From the NCBI GenBank assembly GCA_963663545.1, contig OY760505.1, positions 3,648,001 to 3,712,000 of the forward strand: a DNA stretch of 64,000 nucleotides, written 5' to 3'. How positions within the stretch are numbered: the stretch's first letter is position 1; each line of letters opens with the position of its first letter. The notes under the pieces are model-generated. The model made no database searches. It saw only the letters and a program-made list of their open reading frames with translations, and was not told the origin of the DNA. Source of the stretch: Candidatus Delongbacteria bacterium. GTDB taxonomy: Bacteria; CAIWAD01. This document shows, one piece after another, positions 43,014 to 55,200 of the stretch. Both the position numbers and the translations under genes were made by a program.

Positions 43014-46000
43014 ATGTCAAAATTCTTTCGGACATTTTTGGGAAATGGCACGAAGTCTGAATTTGAACTTTTTTTGAAAGAGTTTAAAATGATCAATATC
43101 CCCCTGACAATGATAATAGCAGCTATATCGATATTTTGCAACAGTTTTTTTGAAATAAAAGAGTGGCAGCCCAAGCCGGTTCTGTATTGGGAAAGAGAAA
43201 GCGAAGATATGGTATGGAGCCGCAGACGGCGAGAGCATCGTTGCTTGAGTATATTGGGTGTCTTATTCAAAATGGTCAATTTTGTTGTTTGGGAAGCATG
43301 GGTGCGCACGATGGTTTTGGGTTATTTGGTGTTATGCTCCCCCGCTCAAGATTATGCCGCTCAGGTAGCGATAGCGTCCCTATTATTGGCAGCGGTGAAA
43401 TTGCTGTTGATGTTGGCCAAATTTTGTTTTCCCGGTTTGGTTAGGACGGATCTGTTGATGGACTATGACCGGACCGTTCAATTGTTCTATAAGACAGTAG
43501 TTGTTGTTGCTATAGTCTTAATCCTCTCCCATTTGCTCGTCTACGGTTGGTATTGGTTGCAGGAATTGGCGCAATCGTTGATTTCAATGGCAAAACAAGG
43601 TCTATACCATTACTTGAGCGAATATCTGGTTACGGTTGCCGGCCACTGTCCTCCCGAACAATTGAATGAATATGGCAGTTACGAAAATCTGCTTTTTATC
43701 TATAAAAATTCGCTTCTTGCGGGGCTGCTGTTTTCTACAATCGCCAAGGCAGACATCCCGGAAGGGGAATGGATAGAAAAACTTCGAATTGCACAGGGAA
43801 TCCGAATCGAAGAAAATGGCGATTACTATCGAATATGCATCGGGCCTTTCCATTGGAAATTTTTAAAGGATGACGATTTGGATCGACAAATATTTACGGT
43901 ATTGCTGGCGACAGCCCGCAATGAACAAGGTGAGTTAGCCGTGACCTCCCGGCCCTTGGCCCAGGCATTGGGCTGGTCCCACCATGATTTGGTCGGTCGA
44001 TTGGTGCGGGCATGGGAAAATTCCGGCAATACTTTTCACGGCTTGCTTGCTCGGGTCAAAAATCCTTATCAAAGCAAATTGCTCAAGGCGGTGCTGGCGA
44101 TATTACGCCAGGATTTTGCGCTAACCTTACTCGATATCAAGAGTCGGCTTGAAGGACATGGCGATCAATGTGTGCAGCAGGCGACAATCGGGCAAATCAA
44201 GGAAGTACTCAAAAAGATCACTTTTGAGCAAATTCACGATGAACTGCGAATTTACTGCGCCGGACAAAAGCAACAGCGAGCGACTACGATGTTCAGCAGG
44301 GACGATCACCAGGTAAAAGTAGAACGCGCGGCTTGTAGTTATCGAGTGGTATATGGCAACTTATTTTGGGAGGTCAACCGCGCTGATCGATTTGGCTGGG
44401 CCGCACTTATGCATACTTTGCTTACCGCCCGTACTCACGACAACAAAAGGATTACCTCCACCCGCCAACTGGCGGCAATGATGGGACTGGATTATCATCA
44501 GAAGTTGCAAATCGCGATTCAACGCTACCGCTGCATCGCCAATCATTTTCACAACCTCGACGAATTTATTCCAATCGAGAAGATGGGCGCGGATGAACGC
44601 TTACGCCGGGCAATACTGCAAATATGGATAGAGGATATTACCCTTACCGGTCAGCAAATATTGCAGCGGATCAACGCCAGGGCTGATTTACCCGACATCT
44701 CGATAAAAAAAGTCCGCAATTTGATGCGAGAGGTTGATTTTTGGGAGGTACGGAAGGCATTGGGCCGACAGTACCGCAAAGGAAAGTATCGCAAATCGAC
44801 CGAGTGGGTAATCGACCGCTACCGCCGAATCATCAACGATCTAATTAGTAAGCTTGCCCAGGGAAAAACTTGGACCCCGGCCGAAATCGATGAATATATT
44901 GGTTCGCTTCCGGAGATGGTCCGACCCGGCTCGGCGCAAAAGCAAGGGGGAACCGGGGCGCCGATTACTAACGCCTGGCTCAAATGCTTCTTGTTCGGCT
45001 TGCCCAAAGTCATCGACAACAAGCCGTGTTGTCCCAAATGCGGTTCGTTCAATACCTCACCCAAATCAAGTTTGCCGAAAATTCAAATGATAAAAGACCC
45101 CGAAACCGGCCAAGAACAGCAGGTGGTTACATTTCGCTTCCGCTGTAAAAACCACGCCTGTCCTACCCAGACGTTTTCCGCCCCACTTGACGATACCCAC
45201 ATTTTGGAGCAGGCGCGGTTTGCCAAAGCTTGCCTGATGTTACGCCAGGTCATGCTTTTGCGATCTCCCTATCGGGCACTCGCTGATCTTTTGGGCACCA
45301 CCAAGAGCATCGTCTTTACCGAGTTGACTTACATTAGTCAGATGGCCGATCATTGGGAAGAGATCCTCGGGCCGGTGCATTTTAGCGGCACGGTCTGCAT
45401 CGACGAAAAGTTCGTCAAAATCGCCGATTTCAAGAAGACCAAAAAACGGCCATTTGCTTACTTGTATTTGGCCGTTGATCCTGCTACCAATGATTTATTG
45501 CACATCGAAGTTTTCGCTTCCCGCGACAAAGAATCGGCCGAGGCTTTTCTCATGCAGCTCAAAGCCAAGGGCATTTATCCCCAAACCATCATGACCGACC
45601 TGACCGAAAATTATGACCAACCGGCACGCCGGGTCTACGGCCGCTCGGTGACCATGGCCCGCTGCTTCTTCCATTTCAAGCAGAATATTTTCAAGCATAT
45701 GCACGATCAATTCGGCAAAAAAGACCTACCTCAGATTGCCGAAAATTTGAAAGAGGCCATTTTCGACGTGGTTGATGCCAAATCCAAAAAGACCATCAAA
45801 AAACGCTACGATGCTCTGATTCGGGACAAAGAGCAATATCTCCAGCAAGAGCCCAAGTTGGAGTCGATGTTCAAATGCTTAGAATCTTACTATCCCCATT
45901 TAATGCGTGTCGTCGAAAACCAGCGGGTCCCGATTCGGACCAATAATCCCGTGGAACTGGTCATCAGGCATTTCAATCAGCGCTACAAGGCTATGAGTGG

Positions 46001-46241
46001 CTTTAAATCATTGGAGACTGCCAGAAGACACGCTCGCTTGTTCCAGATTGTCTATCGCTTCACTCCTCTCAGCAATGATATCGACAATCACAGCCGGCGA
46101 GGCTTTGCCCCTCTTGAACTCGCCGGATACCAGATCAGGCATATGCCCATTTTTCAATACTTGACTGCGCCATTGCTGTTCAACATCCAGCCGGAAAAAA
46201 ATCTCAATCTGCTCCACCAACAGGAGTCCGATGTCGCATAA
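43014..46241 (+). CDS. giant DDE transposase-like protein with N-terminal TM segments
   Basis: CPKC..CKNHAC Zn finger, VCIDEKF, YLYLAVD, IMTDLTENY, RCFFH, RTNNPVE..HFNQRYK. Confidence 0.8.
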   Translation: MSKFFRTFLGNGTKSEFELFLKEFKMINIPLTMIIAAISIFCNSFFEIKEWQPKPVLYWERESEDMVWSRRRREHRCLSILGVLFKMVNFVVWEAWVRTMVLGYLVLCSPAQDYAAQVAIASLLLAAVKLLLMLAKFCFPGLVRTDLLMDYDRTVQLFYKTVVVVAIVLILSHLLVYGWYWLQELAQSLISMAKQGLYHYLSEYLVTVAGHCPPEQLNEYGSYENLLFIYKNSLLAGLLFSTIAKADIPEGEWIEKLRIAQGIRIEENGDYYRICIGPFHWKFLKDDDLDRQIFTVLLATARNEQGELAVTSRPLAQALGWSHHDLVGRLVRAWENSGNTFHGLLARVKNPYQSKLLKAVLAILRQDFALTLLDIKSRLEGHGDQCVQQATIGQIKEVLKKITFEQIHDELRIYCAGQKQQRATTMFSRDDHQVKVERAACSYRVVYGNLFWEVNRADRFGWAALMHTLLTARTHDNKRITSTRQLAAMMGLDYHQKLQIAIQRYRCIANHFHNLDEFIPIEKMGADERLRRAILQIWIEDITLTGQQILQRINARADLPDISIKKVRNLMREVDFWEVRKALGRQYRKGKYRKSTEWVIDRYRRIINDLISKLAQGKTWTPAEIDEYIGSLPEMVRPGSAQKQGGTGAPITNAWLKCFLFGLPKVIDNKPCCPKCGSFNTSPKSSLPKIQMIKDPETGQEQQVVTFRFRCKNHACPTQTFSAPLDDTHILEQARFAKACLMLRQVMLLRSPYRALADLLGTTKSIVFTELTYISQMADHWEEILGPVHFSGTVCIDEKFVKIADFKKTKKRPFAYLYLAVDPATNDLLHIEVFASRDKESAEAFLMQLKAKGIYPQTIMTDLTENYDQPARRVYGRSVTMARCFFHFKQNIFKHMHDQFGKKDLPQIAENLKEAIFDVVDAKSKKTIKKRYDALIRDKEQYLQQEPKLESMFKCLESYYPHLMRVVENQRVPIRTNNPVELVIRHFNQRYKAMSGFKSLETARRHARLFQIVYRFTPLSNDIDNHSRRGFAPLELAGYQIRHMPIFQYLTAPLLFNIQPEKNLNLLHQQESDVA

Positions 46242-46618
46242 TTTTTTCGCGCAAGTGTAGTATCCTGTCGGGCCGGTAAATCTTTGATTGTCGGCTTCCG
46301 AGGAAATCGATTTCCTGTACTGCGCCCAAAGTCTGTCCCGACATCTCCCTCACATAATTTTTCCCTCTCAAATTGCCTTTCTCGCTCATTTTCCCCAACG
46401 AAAATTTTACCCTGCCTCCTGGCACCGATTATTTTCACCACCGAGGCAGTTTTTGACTTGGACATTTGAGCGAACGCTCCCTTCGGCTCAATCGCTTATT
46501 TTGTAGACTTCTCCGGGTGGCTGGCACGAGTATTATATAATTATAAAGTTAAGCCGAAAGCCGGCCTATAAGGCTTAATATGCTAGCCTAGGACGAAGTC
46601 CTTGCTGCGCACTGGGAG

Positions 46619-46698
46619 AAGAGGCGCTAAAGCGCCCACTACGAGCTATCAATACCGCAGTCGCATAAAGGTTCGTAGTGGGCGCTTTAGCGCCTCTT
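46619..46698. repeat. REPIN-like inverted doublet of GTAG-type REPs
   Basis: aagaggcgctaaagcgcccactacga / tcgtagtgggcgctttagcgcctctt, 26-bp perfect arms. Confidence 0.75.
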
Positions 46699-47640
46699 CC
46701 ATTTTCTCGCATATACAAGAGGCGGAAGCATCACGATTTTGTTCAACATCATCTGTTACAGCACATACAACTTCTATTTGGTATCTCAAATACATTGTTA
46801 TTTTGAAAAAAATACAATCAACGTATTATTTCTGGATCTTTTCGAGAATGAAAACTCTAAATTTAAACATCTCGGAGAAACATGACATTGTCAAACTATT
46901 AACTGCTTCATAAAGAGATATAGCATTTTTCTTACCGAACATCCATATTTCTCCCATATAGCCTATATCTGGCGTAATAGCTCTAATTATGCTAGCCAAT
47001 AAGTCCTCTTTATTTTTATTCTTAGGACAACTCAATACCTCACTTGGCGGATATAATCGCTTGGGATCTTGTTTATCTATTTCTGCTGCAAGACTAGGAT
47101 TCCCCTCTTTAATAAATGATTAATTAATGGGAGCTGACTTATGTAATATAGTAATAATTCAAATTTTTTATCCTGCCAATTTTTGACAGCATTATCAAAT
47201 TAAAGTTAACATAGTTGAAAAAGTTTCCCATACCCCTCTTGAATAAATAGCCGAGGAATCAAACTCTAAAAATTTTCTTTTAAAATTAAAATGTAATTTT
47301 AATTCTTCGGTATCAACAGATTGGAAATGATCTTTTTTATTATACTGTAACATCAATGGACATTTTAACTTTTCTATTAAAGGATAAATTTTTGTCCATA
47401 CTTCAAGGCTACTATCCAGATATTTCGAAATCGTATTCACAACAAAAATAACCCCATCGCTTTTTTGGCATATATTGTTTATTCTAATTATGGTATTTTT
47501 ATCTTTTGGAATACCTTGATAATTAAATGCTAATCTAATTAATTTTATTTCACATCCTTTGATTTTATTTGGGATTTCTGCTAAATAAGGAACTTTTCCT
47601 TGTAAGGTTAAAAATTCATAATTATCATGTATTTCTATTT

Positions 47641-49134
47641 CTATACTTTCGCAGTTTTTGGCGAAAGACGACCAAGAGGCTATTATTTGCGAGAGAAAGA
47701 AGGTAAAATCTCCTAATACATAGAAAAAAGGAGATAAAAAATGGATACCTTCTTTCCAGCTCTGCTATTATCCATATTAGCAGAGTTTCGTCAATGCTTT
47801 ACCAAGCCGAGCTATGAATATTTTCGGGCCTATATCTGGGCAATGATGATCAACGACTCAAGCAAATGTCTCACAAACATAGCAGACTCGTGTTTCTTTT
47901 TAGGCAAACATTTAAGTAGCTTTGCTAGATTTTTAGCGGAAAATAAATGGGACTCATCCAAAGTAAAGAAGAAAATGGTCGAAATTTTGTTGAACCGTTT
48001 CTCTGAGCTATTCATAATCAACGGAGCATTTCTTGGCGTTGTTGACACAACTTTAGTCGCCAAGGCGAGCAAAAAGATGTTTGGCGTACAAAAATGGCAT
48101 CCGAGCAGTGGAACCGCAGAAAAGATGAACGGAGTATTCGGGCACCATTGGGGAATCATAGGATTGGTGCTGAGACACCCTATTCGCTATATCTGCTTTC
48201 CGATAATAGCGCGTCTTATCCCCGGCAAAAAAAATAACCATCAGTGGATAGTCAGCCCTGACGGCACAACAAGAGCTGCCAATTTTTGGGATGCCGCAAT
48301 TGCTCTTGTGCGAGAATTAAAGATCTATCTTCCAGATACAGCCCAACTGCGTATTGTCGCTGATGCCTATTTCTCCAAAGTTCCATTCATCCAAGGACTG
48401 CGCGCACAGGGCGTTCACCTTATCACCAGATTGCGAAAAGACGCCAAAGGCTGGGATCCTTTTATTGCTCCTGTTATACCGTTGAGAAGACGTGGACGTC
48501 CTCGAACAAAAGGCACAGAGTGGAAACTCGCCAATCTGTTGAAGTATATCCGGCCTGTGGAAGTCCAAGTCAATCTTTATGGTAAAATACGTACACTTCA
48601 TGTTATAGTCCGCGACGTTTACCTGAGAGATTTTAAAGACTTGGTCAGAGTCGTTGTTATCCAAACTGAAACGCATCCTCTCTTGCTTATTTCCACTGAT
48701 TTGACCCTCGAAGCGTCTCAAATCATTGAAATGTATGGCAGCAGATTTTCCATTGAAATTACTATCAGGGATCTCAAGCAACATTTTGGCTTTACTGACT
48801 ACCAATGCTACTCCAGCATCGCTTTCTTCAGATTTGTGACTCTGAGTTGTGTCGCCTTCTGTTCCTGGATGATTACGCTGCTAAAAAATGATTCCTTTTT
48901 GGAGCAAGCCCCTCAAGGCAGTTTTCAAAAGACTTCTCTGATCAGTTTCAGTCGACTGAAATCGGCTCTTAAACGTTTCGTCATACAGCAAATTATTTTT
49001 CAAAGATTCAATGATCATGCGGACTTCGCAAAAATCAATGAGGAATTGGAGCCTCTTTTTCGCGTCTCTTGAAATTCGGTGGTTCTGTCATTTGGATTAT
49101 TTTCAAATTCTACGTCAAAAGTGCGAAAGTATAG
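47641..49134 (+). mobile_element. IS701/IS4-superfamily insertion sequence
   Basis: TIR ctatactttcgca / tgcgaaagtatag; 7-bp target duplication tctattt at 47634-47640 and 49135-49141. Confidence 0.92.
47741..49072 (+). CDS. DDE transposase (IS701/IS4-like)
   Basis: VVDTT, IVADAYF, ITRLRKD, RRGRPRTKG, YGSRFSIEITIRDLKQ. Confidence 0.9.
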   Translation: MDTFFPALLLSILAEFRQCFTKPSYEYFRAYIWAMMINDSSKCLTNIADSCFFLGKHLSSFARFLAENKWDSSKVKKKMVEILLNRFSELFIINGAFLGVVDTTLVAKASKKMFGVQKWHPSSGTAEKMNGVFGHHWGIIGLVLRHPIRYICFPIIARLIPGKKNNHQWIVSPDGTTRAANFWDAAIALVRELKIYLPDTAQLRIVADAYFSKVPFIQGLRAQGVHLITRLRKDAKGWDPFIAPVIPLRRRGRPRTKGTEWKLANLLKYIRPVEVQVNLYGKIRTLHVIVRDVYLRDFKDLVRVVVIQTETHPLLLISTDLTLEASQIIEMYGSRFSIEITIRDLKQHFGFTDYQCYSSIAFFRFVTLSCVAFCSWMITLLKNDSFLEQAPQGSFQKTSLISFSRLKSALKRFVIQQIIFQRFNDHADFAKINEELEPLFRVS

Positions 49135-49253
49135 TCTATTTTAAAGCTAAATTTTAGTTCTGAAGCATACTGTTTTTCAGATATTTCTTTAATTTTTTCA
49201 AAATTAGTTGTTATACCTGATAAGGCGCTTCCTAAATATGCTATTACTATCAT

Positions 49254-52200
49254 TTATTTTTGTTCCTTGGTCATTACCGGCACGGCTTTATATCCTTTGG
49301 TAGGTAATCTGCCGCTCCATATATTTTTACTAAACATAGTTATACGAGTACGGATTCCACCATATCCTATGTCTACAGCCCAAGTAACTGGGTTAAGGTA
49401 GATTACTCCAGATCCAGGTTCAAAAACTTTTCCTTGCATTTCTAGCCCGGCATGGAATCCATAAGGAGAATTAGGAAGCATTTTTTCCCCCATGGGAGGC
49501 TCAATAAAGATAGAATTACCTTCCATACCATGATCATATTTTGCAGAAGTAACCCGCAAAGAACAATCTTTAATTTTACGAAGCTGCATTGATATGGATT
49601 TCCACTTTTCTGCAATCAAAAAACTGGGAGGACAGCGCCATACTGGAAGCCTCCAGCCAAATTCGCGAATATGTTGTTTCCACGCGTATAATTGCATCGC
49701 TAATCCAGTTGATGCCGCTCCAACCTGCTCCCAATCATCGTTATAAATCCCAGTAATTATTCCTGCACCAAGAATAAAAGGACCTGTATATGGGTTAACA
49801 ACTAACGCCATTTCTCCTACGGTCTTCCAGTATGAGGTTCCCGTACTTTGTCCTTCGACAAGACGTTTGTCTATAGATTGCATCATCATACTATGAGGAA
49901 GAGTAGATTCGCCACTAAAAGTTTTATATGCATCTCTAACAAGATGAGCTGGCTCTGCAATTACTTTAGATGCTCCTATTGTAAAATCGAGAGCTTTTGG
50001 AGAAAATGTAGCTATAGCTTTACCAGCATAATACGCAGCCTCTTCTATCCAATCAGCCGGATTATACCAAGATTGGCCATAAGAATCTAAAAAAGTTTTT
50101 GGATTACTTCCAAACCCCTCATACAAATTCAACCCATCCACATAGCCAAGCCCATCTCGACTAAGCCATCGCCCCTGCTCAGAAGAATAATAGCGGTAGC
50201 GAAAGAAAAGAAGCGAACTCTCACCATCAACCCGCCGGCTTTGGAACCCAAAGACAACAAGGGAAAAATCGTCAAATTCCTGCAATAGCCCGTGCTGATC
50301 AACCTTAGCCGCCCGACCGTATGCGGTACAGCGCAATTCCAAGACCACAGCCCCAACGGCATCGGTCAAAGCAACGATATCACCGCGATGGTTGGCATGG
50401 TAAAAATAGGTCTTAGCCACAGCAATGCCGTCATCAGCATAATAATCAACGCAAATATGCTCGTCAATGTTGGCGCCATCGACAAATTGTCGGGTCACCT
50501 TCTCCGGCCCAAAGCTACCGCCGTCCAATACCGCCTGTTCCCGTTCTTCAATACAGGTCCAGCCAGCATAGAAAAAGTGTCGCAGCACTTGTTGCGAAGG
50601 AGTAGAAGCGCCAGGAAAGCCACTACGGGCTTTGTTAGAGATCCGCACATCTTCCAAACGTCCGTGGAAATTTTGGCTTCCTAAAACCAGCCTGGCATCC
50701 GGCAAGCGATGTACATTACCGGTTATCGCCGTCTTTTTTCTTTGTTTGACTCCGTTGACAAACAGCTTGACCTTTTTACCGTTGTATACCCCGGCCAGAT
50801 GTACCCAGGTCTGCATCGGAATCGCGCTATCGCTTACGGCTCGGGCAATTATTGGCTCGGTTGCGCCCTGATCGATGAATACCTTGAATACCGCCTTGGC
50901 GGTGTCTTTGCGAATCTTTAGGATAAAGCTTTCTTGGCGATGCACCAGCCGGCATTTCACTTCATCATCTCCGGGCTGAATATATACCCAGGCTTCTACC
51001 GTCAGTTTATCGGTAATGCTATCCAATGATGACGATGCGGGCGCGGTCAGTCTTTTTCCTGAAAAGCCGGCAGCATTAGTGCCATATAGCCCTGCCACAG
51101 TGGTGATTTTTTTACGGGGCCCGGCATTATTACCATTGCCTGAGCTATCGACTATTGGGCCGCTGCTGTTATTGAAGTGATAGAGCGCGATGGTTCGCCG
51201 ATCCGACTGGTATTCACTGCCGCTGGTGTCTCCCTGGCTGACGGTTGAGGATTGGACGGTTTTGCTAATACGACGATTGAATGCATCATAACTATAACTG
51301 GCGATCAGGCTGTTATCTTCGTTATCGCGGATTTCCACCATCCGATTGGCAAAATCATAGGCAAAGGTGAGATTGCCGTCATTAGTGAGATTGCCATTGG
51401 TGTCATAAGTCTGGGTAACCCCGGCAAAGCTTAGATAGGCATTCATATTGGAGATGGTCTGGGTCTGGCTTTGACCATCGACTACGGTACTGGCCCAGTT
51501 GCCGACACCGTCGAGTTGCCAGGTCTGGCTGTTGATCGCGACGCCGGTAATGCCGTCTTTGCTGGCATTGAGGGTGCCGCGTTGGAAATCTACCAGGCGA
51601 TAGCGGGAATCATAGTGATATAGCTCGCTTAAATGGGGGTATTTCAGGTCTTGGCGATAGCTCTTGATGTTTTCGCGGTTGTAGCCATAGCCAAATCCAG
51701 CGATTAGAGTGTTTTCTTTGAGATGGCGTATCTGAGTCAGGCGACCGAGACCGTCGTAGCCCTGGTTGATGGTGCCGGCGTCATTGAGAGTAGTCAATCG
51801 GGTGCCATTGGCATGGACTCTTTCGATTAGACGATTGCCAATGTAGTCATAGGCGGCAATCGTGGTGCTGCTGCCGTTGTTTTTTATCGTGCGCAGCCGG
51901 TTGAGCTGGTCCAGGCTATATTCTATTTTACGGCCATTGGGATAGGTCAGGTCTACTGGATCAGCCGTTTGACTCCAGTTGTAGCTTACTACTTTGCCGT
52001 TCTGGCTTTCTTCGAGTAGCCGCCCCAGCGAATCATAGTGGCGTTGCACCAGACTATCATCACTGCTATTGGCCGGATCGTTGTTATCGCCGGCTTTGGT
52101 CACTCGGGATAGGCCATCGTATTCGAAGGTTTGCACTGTGGTGCCTTTTACCCCCGCCGCCGGGGTGATGTCACGCCTGACTACCCGGCCTAAGGAATCA

Positions 52201-55200
52201 AAACTCGCCAGAATTATGTTGCCGTTGTTGTCCACTGTCCGAATTGGCTGGGAATCGGCGTTATACTCAATACTTTTGCCGCTGCCGTCGGCAAAGATGG
52301 TCAGCACTAAGCGATTCTGGCTGTCGTAAGCATAGGCGGTGGCATTGCCTTTGTCATCGGCTACTGCTGTTACTCTGGAGTTGGCATCGTAGCTGGTGCT
52401 TTCGATTATTTTGCCATCCGGGTTGCTTGGGTTACTCAGATCTAGTTCGTTGCCACCCTGGCCGCCAAGGCGTAATTCCTGGATGGTTTGGATGCTGCGC
52501 CCCAGGCCGTCATGCACGATTTGGGTTACGTTGCCATCGGCATTGATATTGCCGACGGTATAGCGACCTAGTGGGTCTGGCTGCTCCGGCCCTTGGGCAT
52601 CGCTGGTCTTGATTACCAGGTTGCGACTGTCATAGTAGAGCCGGCGGGTGTGTCCGAGGTTGTCGCTGGTACGGATCAGGCGGTTTAGGGCATCATAGAT
52701 ATTGATCGTCACAAAGCTCTCCGCCGTGATTCGGCCCTGGCTATGGATTTCGGTCAACGTTGCCTGGCGCAGGTTACCATTTTGGTCGTATTCGCTCAGG
52801 GCTTGATTGCCGCCGGCGTCGATTACTTTGATGGTTCGGCCCAGGCCGTCATAGAATACCGTAGTCTGTTCTCTGGCATTTTCGGGACTGGCGTTGATCG
52901 CAAAAGTGATGCGGGAATTGCGGTCATAGTCGATATAGCTGGTGATTTTGCCATCGCTGGGGTTGGCATCGCCTTCGCTTAGTTGTACTTGCCGGGTCAG
53001 GCTAACGCCGTTGGGCACAAATAATTCTATTTGACGTTGGTAGACTCGCGATAGTTCGTCATGGCTGCTCCAGCCGCGACTTAACAGCACATTGCCACTG
53101 GGATCGTTATTGGCGCGGGTTGGGCCACCGATTGTACCGTAGACTTCGCTGGCGATTACGTTGGAGGCCGGATCGTACTGACGGCGAATTTCGTTACCGG
53201 CAGCATCTACCGTGCGTACCAGTCGGTTGAAACCGTCATAGTAGTGCGTGGTCACATCTCCCTGACTATCGCCGTTGTTGTCACAGGCATCTACTATTCG
53301 GGTCAGGTTGCCATTTTTGTCGTAGAAATAACTATACGTCGCTGCTTGGGGAGTAGCCGGCGCTGTGGTTAGCTGGTACACCAGATTGCGTTCGTCGTAC
53401 ACGCTTATGGTTTTGTTGGCCGGTTCCACTCCACCTACGGCTAGAGGCGTATGCCGTTCGACGACGTTCTCATTGCTGTCGTAACGTAGTTGCGTGGTGA
53501 TGGTGGTTTGGTTATCTACTCGCTGGATGGTGGCGATCACGTTATTGAGGATATCATATATATAGGTGGTCTCCAGCCATTGCGGCAAGTTGGGGTTGTT
53601 GCCGTCGCGATATTCGATTTCGGTTTTGATGACGTTGTCGTTGTAGTCATAGTAGACTCGGGTGTGATAACCATAAGCGCTTAGGCCCGGTTCACTGGCG
53701 AAGCTGACATCGGCAGCGCGGCTGATTTCTACTACCTGGTCGAGTTGGTTGTATACTAGATGGGTGCGCACGCCACGGGCATCCTGGGTCCAGATCGGGT
53801 TGCCGCGCTGGTCGTAACCGCGACTGGACATCGCCTGTACCGGCAGACTGGTGCCGCGATAGCGCGTGGAATGGTGGTGGTCGCGGATGGTGTCTTTGAG
53901 ATAGCCGCCGCTCATGGTGTCGAATGGCTGGCCGGAATTGTTGTTGTTGCTGCGGATGTTTTGGCCGTCGCCTTCGGGGTCGCTTTCTGGGTAATAGGTG
54001 AACAGCGTCACTTCGCCTTCTGGGGTTTCTACCCAGTCATATTGGCCGTATTTGTTAAAGCTACGCCGGATGACTATTTGCTGGTACTGGCCGCCTTCGC
54101 TGGCGATCTGCGGCGAGTCGGGTCGCAATTGCACTGTGGGATAACGGATCATGATGATGTTGCCGCAGATGTTATAGCTGCCGTCTTCGTTGAGATCGCC
54201 CTGGTTTAGCTGGTCTTGCACCGACGCAATGCTTATGTCGAATTTATCGAGCATCTGGCGTAAGGTATGGCCACAGGAACAGCCGCTCGTATCCAGACCG
54301 CCTTCGAAATAGTCGGGGATATATTCGGTGGTGTAGCGGGCTGCGCTCGCGCTGCCACCATTGGGCGGGGTATAACCGCTGGCATTGCCGCGTTCTTCGG
54401 TTACTTTCCAGATTTGGTTATACACTGGCTCGTAGCAATAACTTACCTTGAGCGCTGCTTGATCACCGCCGCGCTCGCTGTCGGGGTAGTGGGTCACCGA
54501 TAGCAGGTTGCCGCGTTGAAACGGATCGGGATTGCTGGTATCGTACTCATATACCGTGCGATCTCCTTGGGGGGCGATCGTTTCTTTTAGCAGCCCGGTA
54601 GCGGTGTATTTATACTCGGTTACGTAAACCGTTGGATCGCCTGGGCGGATGCCGCGGGTCTGTTGTTCTTTCTTGATCAGATTTTTGCCGTTGTTGTAGT
54701 AATAGACGGTCTCGTTGCCATTGCGGTCGTTTACCGTTACTATTTCTCGCGGCAAATCTGGATTATTGGGATCTACGCCGATGTTTACTTCTTGCCGGGC
54801 GTAGGCTACTGTACCGCCGGCGCTGATGCCGCTGCTGTTGGTTCCTCCCCATTGCTGGGCGATCAGGCGATCGTCGCTATCATACGTAGTTTACCGTGCT
54901 GGGCAGATTGCTAATCCCCACTTCATTGGGGCGGATCACGCTTATCAGGTTGTGATTGAGCCGGCGATCGGCAAATCCGGCCGAATAGCTGTATACCGTG
55001 GTCTTTCCTTGCGGGAAATCATTATTGGTCGGCGTACCCGTTATTGCCGGACGGGTTACCGTCAACAGATCACGGTTAGCGTCCTGGGTAAATATTACCT
55101 CGCGTCCGGTGAAATCTACTATCTTTGCCAGCGTGTTTTTTTGCGAGTTATAGTAGTAATGTATCGGTCGGGATAACGAATCATATACTACGCTGAGTTG

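Larger units (their letters stand above)
47195..49253 (-). pseudogene. MglA/Arf-like degenerate small GTPase in Rhs immunity position, split by an IS
   Basis: Removing the IS and one target copy gives a 185-aa ORF: IAYLGSALSGITTNF, DGVIFVVNT, PLMLQYNKKD, SAIYSRGVWETF. Confidence 0.7.
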
